The notes under the pieces were generated by a model. That model was not told the DNA's origin. It saw only the letters and a list, made by a program, of their open reading frames with translations, and did no database searches. A stretch of 64,000 nucleotides of DNA. Source: Isurus oxyrinchus (taxonomy: Eukaryota). Of this stretch, positions 12,375-24,410 are shown in pieces. Made by a program: the position numbers and the translations under genes. The number at the start of each line of letters is the position of its first letter. Position 1 is the stretch's first letter. The stretch lies in the NCBI GenBank assembly GCA_026770705.1, contig JANJGN010000001.1, positions 64,294,001-64,358,000 of the forward strand. The letters run 5' to 3'.

Positions 12375-13144
12375 CCATGAACAGCAAGGTAATAATGATG
12401 AGATGATCAGTTGTGATGTTGATTGAGAGATAAATATTGGCCAGAAAACAGGGATAACTCCGCCGCTATTCTTCAAAATAGTGAAATGAGATTTTTTTTG
12501 CCTTCACCCAAGCATACAGATGGGGCTTTGGCTTAACAGCTCATACAATAACCTTAGATAATACAGCACTCCCACCATTACTGCACAGGAGTGTCAGCCT
12601 TGATTTTTGTGCTCAAGCCCTACTGTGGACTTGAACCTGGAACTATGTGACTTGGAGGTGAGAGTACTACCAATGGAGTCACCACAGTGAGGAGAGTAAG
12701 AGGTTGAGAGTGTGTCAGTAGAAGCAGAAGTAATTACAGTGAAGTCTATTACACTGAATGGAGGGAATCAGGGAAGAAAGGGTCATGAGTGCTGGAACCT
12801 CAGGCACTGGAGGGTTATAAAGTGATGTGAGATAGGAGGTAGGAATCTTACCTTAGCAACCCTGGCCAGGTCATTAGACTTCTTTTGGCTTTGCAGCCAA
12901 GAACATGACATGATGCTTCTGGTGCAGACACCTTCCACCATCTGTGCACACAGTTGCTGGAATATCATCAGATTGATTGGCAGCCTATCATGCATGATGA
13001 GAAGATGACATCACTTATGCTGCTGACAGTTCCCATTAGACCTCCATTGCAGTGTTATAAAAGCACTGGGTCTTTGTACTGTCTGCTTGTTCTATGTATC
13101 TGCTGAGGTGCCTTCTGTTTGCCTCCAATCAAAGTGCATCTTCA

Positions 13145-13323
13145 AGAAGTACAAGATGCCTTTAAATATCACCAGAAACTCCCCCAACTAGGCATGGTAA
13201 TGATCAGGAGGGACACTAGTGTTGGCAATCTGCCTATTTCATGATGATGAGGCCCCCGGTCAATTGTACTTTCCAGTTCCACCCTGTATTTCTGCATGTA
13301 CCACTGGCGAAAGCCAAATCAGG
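13145..13323 (+). repeat. ~180-bp direct duplication, copy 1 (copy 2 at 24115-24293)
   Basis: AGAAGTACAAGATGCC...GCGAAAGCCAAATCAGG is nearly identical at both positions. Confidence 0.9.
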
Positions 13324-14663
13324 AGCCAGAATCGGGCCGATACAAATTTCTACCACATAGTGTTGAACTGTCAATGGGTATATAGTGAATATATGACATT
13401 AGTAAAGGTGTGTATCTTACTGAAATTGCCAAATGTGGTGCATACTGTTCTGTAGATAAAATGCCTCCTATTTCTTTAACGCTTATATTGCTTTTCATCA
13501 GGATTTAATTAAAGCTTAGCTGGTGTCACCTAATTATAGTGAAGAAAAAAAAACTCGATAAAATATTGATTAGACTGTCTGCATAGCCGTAGAAAGACAA
13601 CAATATGAGGGGAATGTTATGGTTTGAATGCTACTCTTAATTATTGGGTCCAGGTACAAAGTAAGGGTAAATCACGAACAAGTCTGGAGTGGCAAATAAT
13701 CTGGAAAGGATGCAACTCAACCAAACCAAATAAACTGAAACTGCCAGTTCAGTTTGCATTTGACTATCCGAACCAGCCTGCATCTAAAAAAAATGCAAGA
13801 AGAAAATTGTACTCAAAGAATTGTGATTTTGTGCATACAGTAATGCATAAAAAATCTGCACGTGTACTTGCACTTTTTGACATAAGGTAAACAACATTTT
13901 TCACAAATCTGATGGACTTCTTTGAGCAAACGATAAACCAGGTGGGCTGGGTTAAATCCCAGGACATAGTGGAGGTAAAATTCAACTCTGGTAGTACAGT
14001 AAAATGGACAGTAAAAGCCCATCATTGCACAACTGCCTATTCACAGCCCGCTTGTTAAACAGCCTGACCATAGTGTACCCTGCCTGTTATATACTCTGAC
14101 ACTTGCCTGTTACACACTCTGCCTGTTGCACAGCCTGCCCTTCATACACCCTGCACATTATACACCCTGCCTATTATACACACTGCCCGTTATATACACT
14201 GCTCATTATACACACTGCCTGTTATACACCCTACCCGTTTTACACACTGCCCGTTATACATGCTGCTCATTTTACACTCTGCCTGTAAAGCACCATGCCT
14301 GTTGTATACCCTGACCTTCAGACACATTGCCCGTTATACACACTGCCTGTGATACATCATCCTGTTACACAGAATACCCATTATATACCCTGCCCATAAT
14401 ACACCCTACTCGTTATACACCCTGCCCGTGCTAAACCATGCCTGTTATACAAACTGCCCAATATAAACCTTGCCCATTATACAGCCTGCCTTTTATGCAC
14501 TCTGCCTCTTTAACACCCTGTCCATTAGACACCCTGCCCATTATAAACGCTGCCCGTTATACAGCCTGCCTATTATACATTCTGCCTGTTAAATGTTCTG
14601 CCCATTATACACCCTTCCTGTTATACACCCTGCTCGTTATACGCCTGACTGTTATAAACCCTG

Positions 14664-15424
14664 TGTTATGACCGAGCAGTTGGGAAAGCTGAGCTGTTTT
14701 TAAAAAAATCCCAGAGGGAAATTTTAAACAACTCTCACAACCTATAATTTTAAGTGTTATTTTTGAGATGCAACTCTAAATTCAGGAATCATGCCACCAG
14801 TTCTTGAGAGGTTTTATATTAAGCTAAATTAAACATTTTATTAATTTACACAAGTTAAATATATACACATGGCTACAAATTACTATGATCATCACTTTTA
14901 ACAAATTCCCAATCTAATCTCCATTAAGAAAACAGCAACCCATAGACTTAACCAGACACCAGGCAAAGCATTTTCACCTTACAAATTCAAAATGAGGATC
15001 TTTTCACTTTTATTCCTATGGAGGCTGTTGAGGCTTACAGTTGCTTTTGACCTCACATTGCTTCTGCTCTACATAAACAAAACTGCTGAAGTTATACCTA
15101 GCACAGTTCATTTAATGTAAATTCTCATTGTATCAGCAGCCTCTTCTAACAATAAAACCCCTTTCATAGTATCAATTCTGTTAGCAATATAAACATATTG
15201 CTTGGTCTCTGCTCACTAGGTGCCAGAATTCACCCCACTTCTTGAATGCTCTATTCAAAAAAAAGCAAATACACTCTATCTCTCTTACATATCAAAACTA
15301 ATACACATCAAATCACCCAGGCTAGCTGGCATTAATCCAATTAAGACAGACCCACAGGCTAAACCCCTATTTTAAAAGAAAAATATTTTTCTATAATATT
15401 ATATACATTAATAGCTTCAGGACA
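14664..15424 (-). repeat. 3' LTR of Gmr1-like element
   Basis: TGTTATG...GGACA, colinear with 20447-21188. PPT (GGGAGGGGGA on minus) at 15425-15434. Confidence 0.93.
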
Positions 15425-15599
15425 TCCCCCTCCCTATCAAAAAATGAACCGTCATAATTCTAGAAGACGGCTTCATTTTATTAACCCATCTCACGCTTTA
15501 TCCTATACTTAATACACTATTACATTACCAGATGCATGCATTAACATAACAATATATATACACAGCCCTTGGTATCAACAGAATTCACTCCAGTTTATT

Positions 15600-18500
15600 T
15601 TCCCTTTTCCTTTACGCTTCAACCTCTTGATGATGCATCTGCATTCTCTTCCAGCAATCCGTATAAAACATTGATTAAATGGTTGTAGTAATAGACTCTA
15701 TCTGAAAAGCCTTACACTTTTGTCTCAAAATTTGTCCAAAAACTTCAAAGGATTATGGTCTGCATAAACAATTGTTTCTGATGAATTGTTTGCAACATAA
15801 CTTCAAAATGCTGCAACACTAACACCAAACTCAAAGTCTCTTTTTCAATCGTTGAATATCTTCTCTGGTGTACATTCAGCTTCCATGAAAAATACCCTAT
15901 TGGTTTTTCAATTTTCAAATCCAGTGTCATCTTCTTGTAACAGTACAGCCCCAATGGCCAACTTGAAATGCTTGGCATAATTGGGTACTGCCAACAGTAG
16001 GGTGTCATAGTTAATACAGTTTTCAAACTATCAAATGACTTCTGACACCCTAGTGTCCATTGAAACTTCTTGTTCTTTTTTAATAGTTCAGTCAGTGGAG
16101 CTAAAATTTGGTACAAATTTCTGGTAAAACCCACTCATGCTCAGAAATTTTAAAACTTCTTGTTTCGTTGTCAGCGTTGGGAAATCCACGATGGCCTTGA
16201 CTTTCGCATCTTTTGGAGCCACCTTACCATGTCCAATGGTATGGCCTAGATATGTAACTTGCACTTTTGCAAATTCACTTTTAGCCCAGTTCATCTGCAA
16301 ATTAGCTTCTTGTAGTCGAGTAAATAATTATTCCAGATGCTGTAAATGCTCCTCCCACATCTGACTGAAAACGATTAGATCATTAATATAAGCCGCACAA
16401 TTGCTTCGACCCGCAATTACTTTGTTTGTCAATCTTTGAAATGTCACAGGTGCATTCTTCATACAAATGGCATGACTTTAAACTGGTATGGTCCACTTGG
16501 TGTTACAAAAGCTGATATCTCCTTTGGTCTCTCTGGCAACGGTATCTGCCAATATCCTTTTAGCAAGCCAATCGTTGTGATAAACTTGATTGTCCCACTT
16601 TCTCAAAGCAATCTTCCAACCGTGGTATGGGATATGAATCTGCTTTTGTCACTGCGCTCATCTTTTGATTGTCCACACACAGTCTTTGTGTTCTGTCCAG
16701 TTTCAATAATCGAACTCCAGTTACTGCAACTAGACTCAATGATATCATTTTGAAGCATGAAATCAATTTATTTTTGTACTTGTGGTAACTTTGCTGGATT
16801 TAATCTATAAGGTTGTTGCCTCACTGAAGATGATATTTCTAAACATACATCATGTAAAGCTAAATGTGTCTTTCCCAACTTATTTCCACAAATAGGTTTG
16901 TGTGATTGCAATAACTTTTCCAAATCACTTTGACACTTGCCTGGAAGGTAACTCAATATTTCATTTAAATTTTCAAGCATCCTCTCATTATCCAATCTGA
17001 TTAGAGGAAAATCAATTTCAGAGTCCTGCATTTCAACCTCTTTCTCATCATCCACCATCACCAATACCTCTTTTTGTTCCTTTTCCCTGTCAGAGCACTT
17101 TTTAAGCATACTTACATGACTCACCCACTGCTTCTTTCTTCTATCTGGAGTATTTATTAAATAATTTACTTCACTCAATTTCTTTTCAGTCCTGTCAGGC
17201 CCACTAAATCTTGCATTTAATTATTCACCTAGTATTGGTAACAAAACTAACACTTTCTCTCCAGAAACAAAACTGCGAATTTTAGCTTTCTTATCTGCTT
17301 TTAGTTTCATCACTGGCTGTGCTATCTTTAAATGTTCCCTAGCCAACTCACATGGTCTATTCAATCTTTCCCTGAAATTTGATATGTAATCGAGGAGAAT
17401 AGTTTCTGAATTTTGACCCACCAATTTCTCATGAATCAATTTCAGTCCCCTTACCTCATGACCATAAACTAGTTCAAAAGGGCTAAAACCAGTCGATGCA
17501 TTAGCAGCATCTCTAATAGCAAATAACAAAAATGGAATTCCTGTATCCCAATCCTGGCATAACCACAGCAGTATGCTTTTATCATTGTTTTTAAAGTTTG
17601 ATGCCATCTTTCCAAAGCTCTTTGTGACTCCGGATGATAAGCTGTTGACTAAACTGTTTTATCCCCAAACTGTTCATTACTTCCTTTAGCAGCTCTGACA
17701 TGAAATTTGACCTCTGATCTGATGGTATTTCTTTAGGTAAACCATATTGTGTGAAAAATTTAGTTAACTCCTCCACAATCTTCTTAGCTGTACTATTGCT
17801 TTAAGGTATAGTTTCAGGTAACATAGTAGACACATTCATTATTGTCAAAAATACTGATTTCCACTTTTGTCTTAGGGAAGGGTCCTACACAATCAATAAT
17901 GTGCCTGGTAAAAGGTTCTTCAAATGCTGGTATTGGGATTAAAGGTGCTGGCCTAGTCACTGCTTGTGGTTTTCCTGTTATTTGACATGTATAACAGGTT
18001 CTACAGAATTTGACTACATCCCTATGCAATCCTAGCCAAAAAAACCTCTGTATATTTTCCTGTGTTTTCCTAATTCCTAAATGTTCCCCCACTAGAATTT
18101 CATGAGCAATCCTCAGAATCCCATTTCTATACCCTAATGGGATAACAATCTGATGCACTTCTCTCCAGCTTTCATTTGCTGAGACATGATCCAACCTCCA
18201 TTTTCTCATCAAAATACCTTCCCAACAATAACATACTGGAATACATTTTACTTCAGTTTCTGAATAAGCTTTCTGATATAACTTTTAATTGCAAATCATT
18301 TTTCTGTAATTCCATTAACTTCTCTGAGTTAAACACTTCAGCCGAACTGTCCTGTATTCCTTCGTCCTGAACAATGTTATCAAATACAATGCTAGCTAAT
18401 TGGATTTCAACACCTTTTTCTTGCCTTTGAACAGCCTGCCCTTCTTGTTTATCTTCTTCTTCCTGATAAGCCTTTGATCTCATTATAACACATTCAGGAA

Positions 18501-20308
18501 ACAATCCAGAATGTTCCTTCTGTGACACTTCTGTTGAAGACACTTCTACAGGCTGCTCAACTATCAAAGGCATCAACCACATTTACGATCCAGCTATGTC
18601 ATTACCCAGAATAAAACGAACCCTTGCAATGGGCAATTTTCCTAGCACTCTAACTATAACTTCACCTGACTTCCATTTGCTCTTTAGATTTACCTTCCAC
18701 AATGGAATAGATTTAGTATATCCATAAACCCCCACTTATTATTACCTTCTCCTGCAATACTCCCTTTGAATAACAAATATCATTATCCCACAACATTAAG
18801 GATTGACTAGCCCCTGTGTCTCTTAAAATTTTAACGTATTTACCTGCTCCATCTTTTTCCTTCACATACAAAATCTTTAAACATTTCTGCGACCTGCTCC
18901 TCAGAATTCTCTTGAGCAAACTGTGAACACATTCCCACTTCTTTACCTTTCGCTGATTCTCCCTATTTCACTTGTACACAAACCATTGGTTTCTCCTGTG
19001 CCTGAACCTCAGAACCCACAATACTTTTGCTTCCAGAGCTTTTCTGTAGCCCAACAATTCCAACAGATTTTTCCTTCAATCTCTAACATACTGACCCCAT
19101 GTGTCCCACTTTATTACAATGAAAACACCTCAATTTTCAAATGTCACTTCTACCTTCAGCACCTTCCTTTTTATTCTGAGAAAAAACTTCCTGTGAACTT
19201 CCAGCTACTCCTCTTGCCTGATTACCTGCCTTCCATTCTTCCCGCTTTTTACCCTTTCCCAATTTGAAAGAGTGACAGAAAAAAGGCTTAGTTCTATGAA
19301 CTAACTCATAATCATCAGCTATTTCTGCTGCTTGTCTCACAGAATTAGCCCTCTGCTCTTCCACATGAGTTCTCACTACCCAAGGGATGAGAATCTTTAA
19401 ATTCTTCCAAAAGAATGACTTCCCTAAGGGCTGCATAGGTTGCCTCTGTTTTTAACTTCCATATCCACTGGTCAAAATTACTTTGTTTTACGCTTTCAAA
19501 CTCAATATAAGTTTGTCCAGGCTGTTTTCTCATATTCCTAAAGTTCTGCCTGTATGCTTCAGGAACTAACTCATAGATACTCAAAATTGCTTTTTTCACC
19601 ACATCATAATTCATCGACATTTCTTCACACCAACATATACCTCATGCGCCCGACCTGACAACTTAGACTCTAATAATGACGTCCAGTTTTCCTGTGGCCA
19701 TTTCATCTGTTTAGCTAGCTTCTCAAATGAAATAAAGAATGCTGCAATATCTTTTTCCTCAGATTTTGGAAGAGCTTGTGTAAATTTAAACATATCCCTA
19801 CTGGGTTCTACTCTAGAGATAAATCTTTCCTTACTTACTGGCATCTCTTTTTTAGCTACCAACATTTTCAGTTGGAATTCTTTCTCTCTCTCTTTCTCTT
19901 TCTTCCTTCTCCATCTTCACAATTTCTAATTTCCTTGTTTCTACTTCAGTTTTCTTCATTTGTAATTGAAGTCTCACTACCTCCACCTGTGGCTCACTGG
20001 GGTCAGGTTTCACTTCTAACTGTAGATACTGTGCTATACTTTTAACTATATCGGATTTCCTCGCACCCCCAGGTAACCCCAATTTTAACTTTCTGTTCTG
20101 AAGAAGAACCATACGGGCTCGAAACATTAACTCCGTCTTTCTCTCCACAGATGCGGTCAGACTTGCTGAGTTTTTCCAACAATTTTTGTTTTTGTCCAAA
20201 TTTTAACTTATCTGTCAACTCTGTTAACTTACTTTTGGTCATTTTCTCCTACCCAATCCGAGTTATCTCTTCTACTCCCAGACAAGTCTTAGCAATTGCC
20301 AAAGCCAT
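15600..20308 (-). pseudogene. Gmr1-like gag-pol pseudogene (SCAN-like gag, protease, integrase, RT, RNase H)
   Basis: gag ATG at 20308 with FFISFEKLA..WP and YELVPEAYRQNFR..LEEF. Protease ILRDTGASQS (~18820). Integrase AHE..HLGIRKT..CRTCYTCQ..DCVGP, SDQRSNF, TGFSPFEL (17221-18212). RT (16088-16900). RNase H PIGYFS..YSTIEKETL (15745-16134). Many disablements. Confidence 0.92.
20092..20198 (+). mobile_element. Short Penelope pseudo-LTR-derived insertion with hammerhead-like motif inside gag
   Basis: CTGAAGA..CTCGAAACATTAACTC..CAGATGC..GCTGAGTTTTTCCA..TTTTG flanked by 11-bp TSD AATTTTAACTT (20081-20091 / 20199-20209). Removing it restores gag ..TDKLKLGLPGG.. Confidence 0.85.
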
Positions 20309-20426
20309 CTTGTAGTCTGACCACTTCTAAGATACCTCACCAACTCCTGAATTCAAAATGGCTCTCATATTCATAACCTTAAGATTTACCAATTCCAAAC
20401 CAATCACGGGAGCAGAAATATAATTT

Positions 20427-20444
20427 ATCCTGGATGAGCCCCCA
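20427..20444 (-). promoter_or_regulatory. Primer-binding site complementary to tRNA-Pro
   Basis: Minus strand TGGGGGCTCATCCAGGAT versus canonical TGGGGGCTCGTCCGGGAT (16/18, both differences CpG-type transitions), 2 nt from the 5' LTR. Confidence 0.88.
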
Positions 20445-20446
20445 AT

Positions 20447-21188
20447 TGTTATGGCCGAATAGTTGGTAAAGCTGAATTATTTTCTAAAAATCCCAGAGGG
20501 AAACTTTAAGCAACTCTCATACTCTAATTTTAAGTGTTACTTTAGAGGTGCAACTCTAAATTCAGGAAATACCAACAGTTTTTGAGAAGTTTTATATTCA
20601 GCTAAATGGAATATTTTATTAATTTACACAAGTTAAATATATACACATTGCTACAAATTACTATGATCATAGCTTTTAATAAATTCCCAAACTAAACTCC
20701 ATTAAGGCAACAGCAACCCATAGACTTAACCAGATGCCAGGCAAAGCATTTTCACCTTACAAATTCAAAATGAGGTTCTTTTCACTTTCGTTCCCATGGA
20801 GACAGTTAGAGGCTTACAGCTACTTTTGATCTCACATTGCCTCTGCTCTGCACACAGAAAACTGCTGAAGTTATACCTAGCACAGCTCATTGAATGTAAA
20901 TTCTCATTATATCACTAGCCTCATCTAACAATAAAACTCCTTTCATAGTATCAATTTTATTAGCAATATAAACATATTGCTTGGTGCCAGAATTCACCCC
21001 ACTTCTTGAATAGTCTATTCAAAAAAATGCAAATGCACTCTATCTCACTTAAATATCAAAACTAGTACACATTAAAGCACCCAGGCTAGCTGGCTTTAAT
21101 CCAATTAAGACAGACCCACAAAATAAACCTTCATTTTAAAAGAAAAATATTTTCCAATAATATTATATACATTAATAACTTCATGACA
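20447..21188 (-). repeat. 5' LTR of Gmr1-like element
   Basis: TGTTATG...TGACA, colinear with 14664-15424. Confidence 0.93.
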
Positions 21189-21592
21189 CCCTGCCTGTTA
21201 TACAACCTGCCTGTTATAAACTCTGCCCATTAAACACACTGCCTGTTATACACCCTGCCTGCTATACAGCCTGCATGTTATACACCCTGCCCATTATACA
21301 CGCTGCCCGTTGTGCACCCAATCAATTATACACACTGCCCACTATACACCCTGCTCTTCCAACACATGGCCCATTGTACAACCTTCCTGTTATACACCCT
21401 GTCCGTTATGCACCCTGCCTGTTATACACACTGCCCGTTTTACACTCTACTTGTAATACACCGTGCCTGTTGTACACCTTCACCTTCAGACACACTGCCC
21501 ATCATACACCCTGCCCAATGTGCACCCTACCAATTATACACAGTGCCCACTATACACTCTGCACTTCCGACACATGTCCTGTTATACATGTC

Positions 21593-22177
21593 TGTGACAT
21601 CTTTTGATGATCTGCTCCTATCACTGCTTGCTTGTCCCTACAACCACACCGCCCCCCCCTCCACTTCTCTCCCCCCACCCAACCCACCAACCCCCCCATC
21701 CCCCCCATCCCCCACACACACACACCTTAAACCAGCTTATATTTCACTCCTTTCCTATTTCTATTTAGTTCTGTCGAAGGATCATGAGGACTCGAAACGT
21801 CAACTCTTTTCTTCTCCGCCGATGCTGCCAGACCTGCTGAGTTTTTCCAGGTAATTCTGTTTTTGTGATCAAAAGATGTCACAAAGGAACAAAGAAGTGT
21901 TGAAGGTGGTGATATTATCTAAACGAATGTGCTAATTAAGAATGGATGGCAGGGCACTCAAGGTACAGCTCTGGTGGGGGTGGGGTGGAAAGACTAGCCC
22001 GGCATACAAGATTTAAAAATAATGGAAATAGGTGGGAAAAGAAAAATCTATATAAATTATTGGAAAAACAAAAGGAATGGGGAAGAAATGGAAAGGGGGT
22101 GGGGATGGAGCAGGGAGTTCAAGATCTAAAGTTGTTGAATTCAATATTCAGTCTCGAAGGCTGTAAAGTGCCTAGTT
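21593..22177. mobile_element. Rearranged Penelope-like 3' fragment (pLTR forward 21593-21866, upstream part inverted 21867-22177)
   Basis: Both parts match the 3' end of the PLE at 39250-39800. 16 bp TGTGACATCTTTTGAT is present in both orientations at the junctions. Confidence 0.88.
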
Positions 22178-24114
22178 TATACAAACTGCCCATTACACAC
22201 CCTGCCCATTATACACCTGCCTTTCACACACTGCCCGTTATACACCCTTCTTGTTGTATACTCTGCCCTTCTGGCACACAGCCCGTTATATATCCTGCCT
22301 GTTACACTCCCTGCCTTTTATACGCGCTGCCCATTATACACCCTGTCAGTTATACACCCTGCCTGTTATACAGCCTGCTCATCATGCACCCTGCCTGTTA
22401 TAACCACTGCCTGTTATACACCCTGCCTGTTATACAGCTTTCCCATTATATACTCTGCCCATTGTATACCCTATCCATTATACGCATTGTCCATTGTACA
22501 CCCTGTCCGTTATACACCCTGCCTGTTATACATCCTGCCTATTATACACCCTGCCCATTTTACAACCTGTCCATTATATACACTGTCTGTTATACACCCT
22601 GTCTGTTATACACCCTGCCTGTTATACATCCTGCCTGTTGTACACCATGCCCTTCACACACACTGCCCGTGATAAACCTTGCCTTTTATGCACGCTGTCT
22701 GTAATAACCCTGCCCGTTATATACCCTACCTGTTATAGACCCTGCCCATTATATGCCCTGACTGTTATAAACCCTGCCCATTTTATTCCCTGCCCATTAT
22801 ACATACTCCCCATTATACACCCTTCTTGTTGTACACTCTGCCCTTCAGGCACACTGCTCATTATATATCCTGCCCATTACACTCACTGCCTGTTATACAC
22901 ACTACCCATTATACACCTTGCCCATTATATACCCTTCCCATTATACACACTACCTGTTAAACACTCCACAAAGATGAGCAACAGGTCCCTAGGATAGCAT
23001 TTTACCGCTAGCAGGCAATGGGACTGCTGCCCATTTGAGAATAACTGCCCATCTTCATATAACAGGCAGAGTGTTTAACAGGTATTGTGTATAATGGGCA
23101 TGGTATATAATGGGCAAGGTGTATAATGGGCAGTGTGTATAACAGGCAGGGAGTGTAATGGACAGGATATATAATGGGCAGTGTGCCTGAAGAGCTGAGT
23201 GTACAATAAGAAGGGTGTATAATGGGAAGTATGTTTAGTGGGCAGGGTGTATAACGGGCAGTTTGTATAACGGGCAGGCTTTATAACAGTCATGGTGTAT
23301 AATGGGCAGGGTTATTATGGGCAGTGTGCATAAAAGTCAAGGTTTATCACTGGCAGTATGTGTGAAGGGCATGGTGTATAATGGGCAGGGTGTATAACAG
23401 GCAGAGTATATAATGTGTAATCTGAATAACAGGCAGGGTGTGTAACAGGCAGTGTTTATAACAGGCAGGGTGCATAACGGGCCGGGTGTATAACTGGCAG
23501 GTGTACAACGGACAGGGTGTATAACGGACAGGGTGTATAACAGGCAGGGTGTACAATGGGTAGGGTGTATAATGGGCAGGATGTATAACAGGCAGGGTGT
23601 ATAATGGACAGGGTGTACAACGGACAGGGTGTATAACGGACAGGGGGTACAATGGGCAGGGTGTATAACGGACAGGGTGTATAATGGGCAGGGTATATAG
23701 TGGGAAATCTGTATAACAGGCAGTCTGTACAACAGGCAGTGCTAATAACGGGCAGGGTGCATGATGGGCAGGGCGTATAACAGGCAGGGTGTATAACAGG
23801 CAATATTTATAACAGGCAGGGTGCATGATGGGCAGGGCGTATAACAGGCAGGGTGTATAACAGGCAGTGTTTATAACAGGCAGGGTGCATGAAGAGCAGG
23901 CCGTATAACAGGCAAGGTGTATAATGGACAGAGTGTATAACTGACAGGGTGTACAATGGGCAGTGTGTATAAAAGGCAGGGAGTGTAACAGGCAGGATAT
24001 ATAATGAGCTGTGTGCCTGAAGGACAGAGTATACAACAACAAGGGTGTATAATAGGTAGTATGTATAGCAGGCAAGGTGTATAACGGGCAGGGTGAATAA
24101 TGGGCAGGGTGTAT

Positions 24115-24293
24115 AAGAAGTACAAGATGCCTTTAACTATTACCAGAAGCTCCCCAACTAGGCAAGGTGATGATCAGGAGGGATACTAGTGTTGGCAATC
24201 TGCCTATTTCATGATGATGAGGCCCCCGGCCAATTGTACTTTCCAGTTCCACCCTGTATTTCTGCATGTACCACTGGCGAAAGCCAAATCAGG
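24115..24293 (+). repeat. ~180-bp direct duplication, copy 2
   Basis: Matches 13145-13323 and abuts the outer end of the inverted satellite block. Confidence 0.9.
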
Positions 24294-24324
24294 TGTACTT
24301 GCATTTGAAATGATAACTCAAATT

Positions 24325-24410
24325 GTTTCTCCACAGATGCTGCCAGACAGGCTGAGTTTTAACAGCATTTTCAGCTTTTATGTCAGATTTCCAGCATCCT
24401 TAATATTTTG
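24325..24410 (+). mobile_element. Decayed Penelope pLTR end
   Basis: CTCCACAGATGCTGCCAGACAGGCTGAGTTTT..GATTTCCAGCATC motif. Confidence 0.7.

Larger units (their letters stand above)
5733..12690 (-). mobile_element. DeuSINE/SacSINE1-like SINE split into three pieces (5733-5772, 11807-11905, 12375-12690)
   Basis: Joined pieces read continuously as the reverse complement of a Deu-domain SINE (..ttatatagc..cag|atgtttcaaagcacattacaggcaatgaagtac..|..gatgttgattgagagataaatattggcc..cttcaaaatagtg..acagcactccc..gtgtcagcct..gtgctcaag). Recognised from memory of the family. Confidence 0.7.
14664..21188 (-). mobile_element. Full-length Gmr1-like Gypsy LTR retrotransposon inserted in the minisatellite
   Basis: Two ~750-bp LTRs (TG..CA), 5-bp TSD CCCTG (14659-14663 / 21189-21193), PBS, PPT, and domain order gag-PR-IN-RT-RH. 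Confidence 0.95.
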
